NCBI GenBank assembly: GCA_038128265.1
Contig: JAYPJE010000030.1
Coordinates: 1-50,253 of the forward strand
Source: Gemmatimonadota bacterium
Lineage (GTDB): Bacteria > Latescibacterota > UBA2968 > UBA8231
Length of the DNA: 50,253 bases
Direction of reading: 5' to 3'
Below are positions 48,671 through 50,253 of the stretch, one piece after another. Each line of letters opens with the position of its first letter. Position 1 is the stretch's first letter. A program made the position numbers and the translations under genes. The notes under the pieces were generated by a model. It was given only the letters and a program-made list of their open reading frames with translations, was not told the origin of the DNA and ran no database searches.

Positions 48671-49093
48671 CTATTCTTCGCAATCCTCCAGCTTTTGCCA
48701 CAGTCCAGCGCACAGCGGCAGGAAGACGCCGTAGCCCAGGATCAGGCCATATAGCATGGTGAGAATACATATGGCCATACCGGGCCCCAACGCACTCGGA
48801 TCGTCCATGTTGTTCAGCATGATAACCAGGCCGACAAACACGCCTAACATACCCGATATCAAAGCTATGGACTTGCCGCGCTCGCAGGCGGCGATGCCCA
48901 GGAGAATGGCTTGGCGATTGGGACTGCGCGAAAAGACGGCGCTGATGCTCGCGTCGCGACCGAAGGAAGCGATCAGGCCAGCAGTTGTCAGGCCCACTAC
49001 AAAGATGAAAGACTGAGCATCTATGAGCATGAATGGCGAGGTAAAACCAAGGGCGAGTGCGGCGAGCAGAATGATGAAACCCAATAGGCGCAT
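48671..49093 (-). CDS. Short MotA/TolQ/ExbB-family (PomA-like) membrane protein, 140 aa
   Basis: GMLGVFVGLVIMLNNMDDPSALGPGMAICILTMLYG matches MotA/PomA TM3-TM4; AGGAGG RBS. Confidence 0.78.
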   Translation of the reverse strand: MRLLGFIILLAALALGFTSPFMLIDAQSFIFVVGLTTAGLIASFGRDASISAVFSRSPNRQAILLGIAACERGKSIALISGMLGVFVGLVIMLNNMDDPSALGPGMAICILTMLYGLILGYGVFLPLCAGLWQKLEDCEE

Positions 49094-49106
49094 GGTAGAC
49101 CTCCTC

Positions 49107-49655
49107 TCAGGTGTTGTTGAGTGAGTTGAGCATAATGACGAAGCTGGCGACTGTGAGAAGTGAGCCAATGACCAGCACCGCCATATCGAGCCCGTTCTCC
49201 GGCTGAACGGCTTCGGCGCCGTGTGCGGGCATCGCATGCGTCTCAATGCCGGCCTGTAGGGGCAGCAGGAGAAAGTAGGCGAGAAAAACGGCGTAGAGTA
49301 CGCCCAATAGGGCCGTGGCCATGCCGGCGCCCAAGGCGCTCGGATCGTCGACATGCCTTAGCATCGTGACCAAGCCGGCTATAAAAGAGACCAACCCACC
49401 GACCAGCGCGGCGTAGCGGGCCGTGAGCAGCGCCTGCAGGCCGGTTTGCAGATCGGACTCTGCCCGCTCATCTGGGGATAGAGCAACCGTCAGTGCCGTG
49501 CCTGTTTGCGACCCAGCGGAGGCCAGAAACCCCCAATGCGCAAAACCTGCTACGAGGATGAGCGCTGGGACGTTGACGAAAGCGGAGACATCGCCCATGC
49601 CTATCAAGAGCAAGGTTAGGGCAGATGTATAACCGATTAGTCTGTAGACTCGCAT
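49107..49655 (-). CDS. Short MotA/TolQ/ExbB-family membrane protein, 182 aa, with an extra C-terminal TM
   Basis: FVNVPALILVAG (MotA TM2-like); GLVTMLRHVDDPSALGAGMATALLGVLY; GGAGG RBS. Confidence 0.75.
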   Translation of the reverse strand: MRVYRLIGYTSALTLLLIGMGDVSAFVNVPALILVAGFAHWGFLASAGSQTGTALTVALSPDERAESDLQTGLQALLTARYAALVGGLVSFIAGLVTMLRHVDDPSALGAGMATALLGVLYAVFLAYFLLLPLQAGIETHAMPAHGAEAVQPENGLDMAVLVIGSLLTVASFVIMLNSLNNT

Positions 49656-49708
49656 CGTATACCTCCACGGAAGAAATGGGTGGGAGCGCCGAAGGTGCGC
49701 TTAGTGGT

Positions 49709-49738
49709 TAGCTATATGATAGTGAGAGCATATAGCTA
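49709..49738. promoter_or_regulatory. Perfect AT-rich inverted repeat (10-10-10), candidate operator
   Basis: TAGCTATATG-ATAGTGAGAG-CATATAGCTA, about 55 bp upstream of the 49655 start codon. Confidence 0.5.
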
Positions 49739-49828
49739 TGCCGCGCCAATCCATCCCTAAAAACGCTAATAATGAACAAATATCGGCTGTTCCCATGCCG
49801 TGGCGACTGCGGACAGACTTGGGGTGTA

Positions 49829-50253
49829 CTACCGGACGGCATACTCCGGAAAGAGCGCGTCGTGCATATCGGCGCACTGGCGCAGGTGCTGCATGCGCTC
49901 GGGGCTGGCCGTAGAGAGCATGGTGGGAAAGTACATGCCGCCGCCGGTGTTGACCTTATAGCCACCGGGTGAGTGAACGCTGACGTACTGGCGCAGCGTC
50001 TCGACGTCTTCCGGCGTCGAGCAGGGGCGGGTCAGGTTCATGGTGAACATGCGCCGCCGCGTCGAGCCGCCAAACGAGGCGTGGTAGAGGTCGTGGTTAA
50101 AGATGACCAGATCGCCCGGCTGTGTCTCCAGCGCTAGATTGCCGGGGATATCGCGCGGTTCGACGCCAAACAGCTCGCGCGATTTATTCAGGTCGAGTTT
50201 CTGCGCGCGGATAAAGTGGTCGGGGTGATGGCTGCCGGGGATCACGCGCAAAC
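49829..50253 (-). CDS. PhyH family dioxygenase (5' end beyond the window)
   Basis: LRVIPGSH, PGDLVIFNHDLYHASFGG..RR; ORF open to the window edge. Confidence 0.85.
   Translation of the reverse strand, partial: LRVIPGSHHPDHFIRAQKLDLNKSRELFGVEPRDIPGNLALETQPGDLVIFNHDLYHASFGGSTRRRMFTMNLTRPCSTPEDVETLRQYVSVHSPGGYKVNTGGGMYFPTMLSTASPERMQHLRQCADMHDALFPEYAVR

Noticed and set aside
49683..49700. CGCCGAAGG glycine-riboswitch-like motif
   Set aside because: Wrong strand relative to the neighbouring genes and lacks the downstream CTCTCAGG element
1..50253. CRISPR arrays, tRNA/rRNA, IS elements, prophage genes, Fe/2OG halogenases
   Set aside because: No spaced direct repeats, cloverleaf sequences, or transposase/integrase/phage motifs seen; all complete PhyH proteins retain HxD

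Overview
A GC-rich bacterial chromosomal segment, gene-dense with about 47 CDS. I found no rRNA, tRNA, CRISPR array, integrase or transposase. Core genes include hemB, selO, metY-metX, topB and clpS. They are interleaved with a dense accessory catabolic set: eight PhyH-type Fe(II)/2-oxoglutarate dioxygenases, three enolase-superfamily acid-sugar dehydratases, two single-barrel MetE-like Zn enzymes, a MocD-like desaturase, a sulfatase with MFS transporter and GntR/LacI regulator, a Udh-like dehydrogenase with lactonase, and M20/M24 peptidases. Two secreted proteins carry FlgD-Ig/CHU_C-like C-termini and there is a DUF6785-type polytopic membrane protein. This combination suggests a marine or sponge-associated Ca. 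Latescibacterota/Poribacteria-like organism (inference only). The most unusual elements are: a tandem pair of truncated MotA/PomA-like proteins with no MotB partner and a perfect palindrome upstream; a ClpS with a UBR1-like degron pocket next to an M24 aminopeptidase; an internally duplicated DUF5069-like protein; an orphan nuclease-like protein; and a lower-GC PAS/Cys-His sensor coupled into a sugar-acid operon. All calls rest on motif recognition by eye, and no database searches were run.
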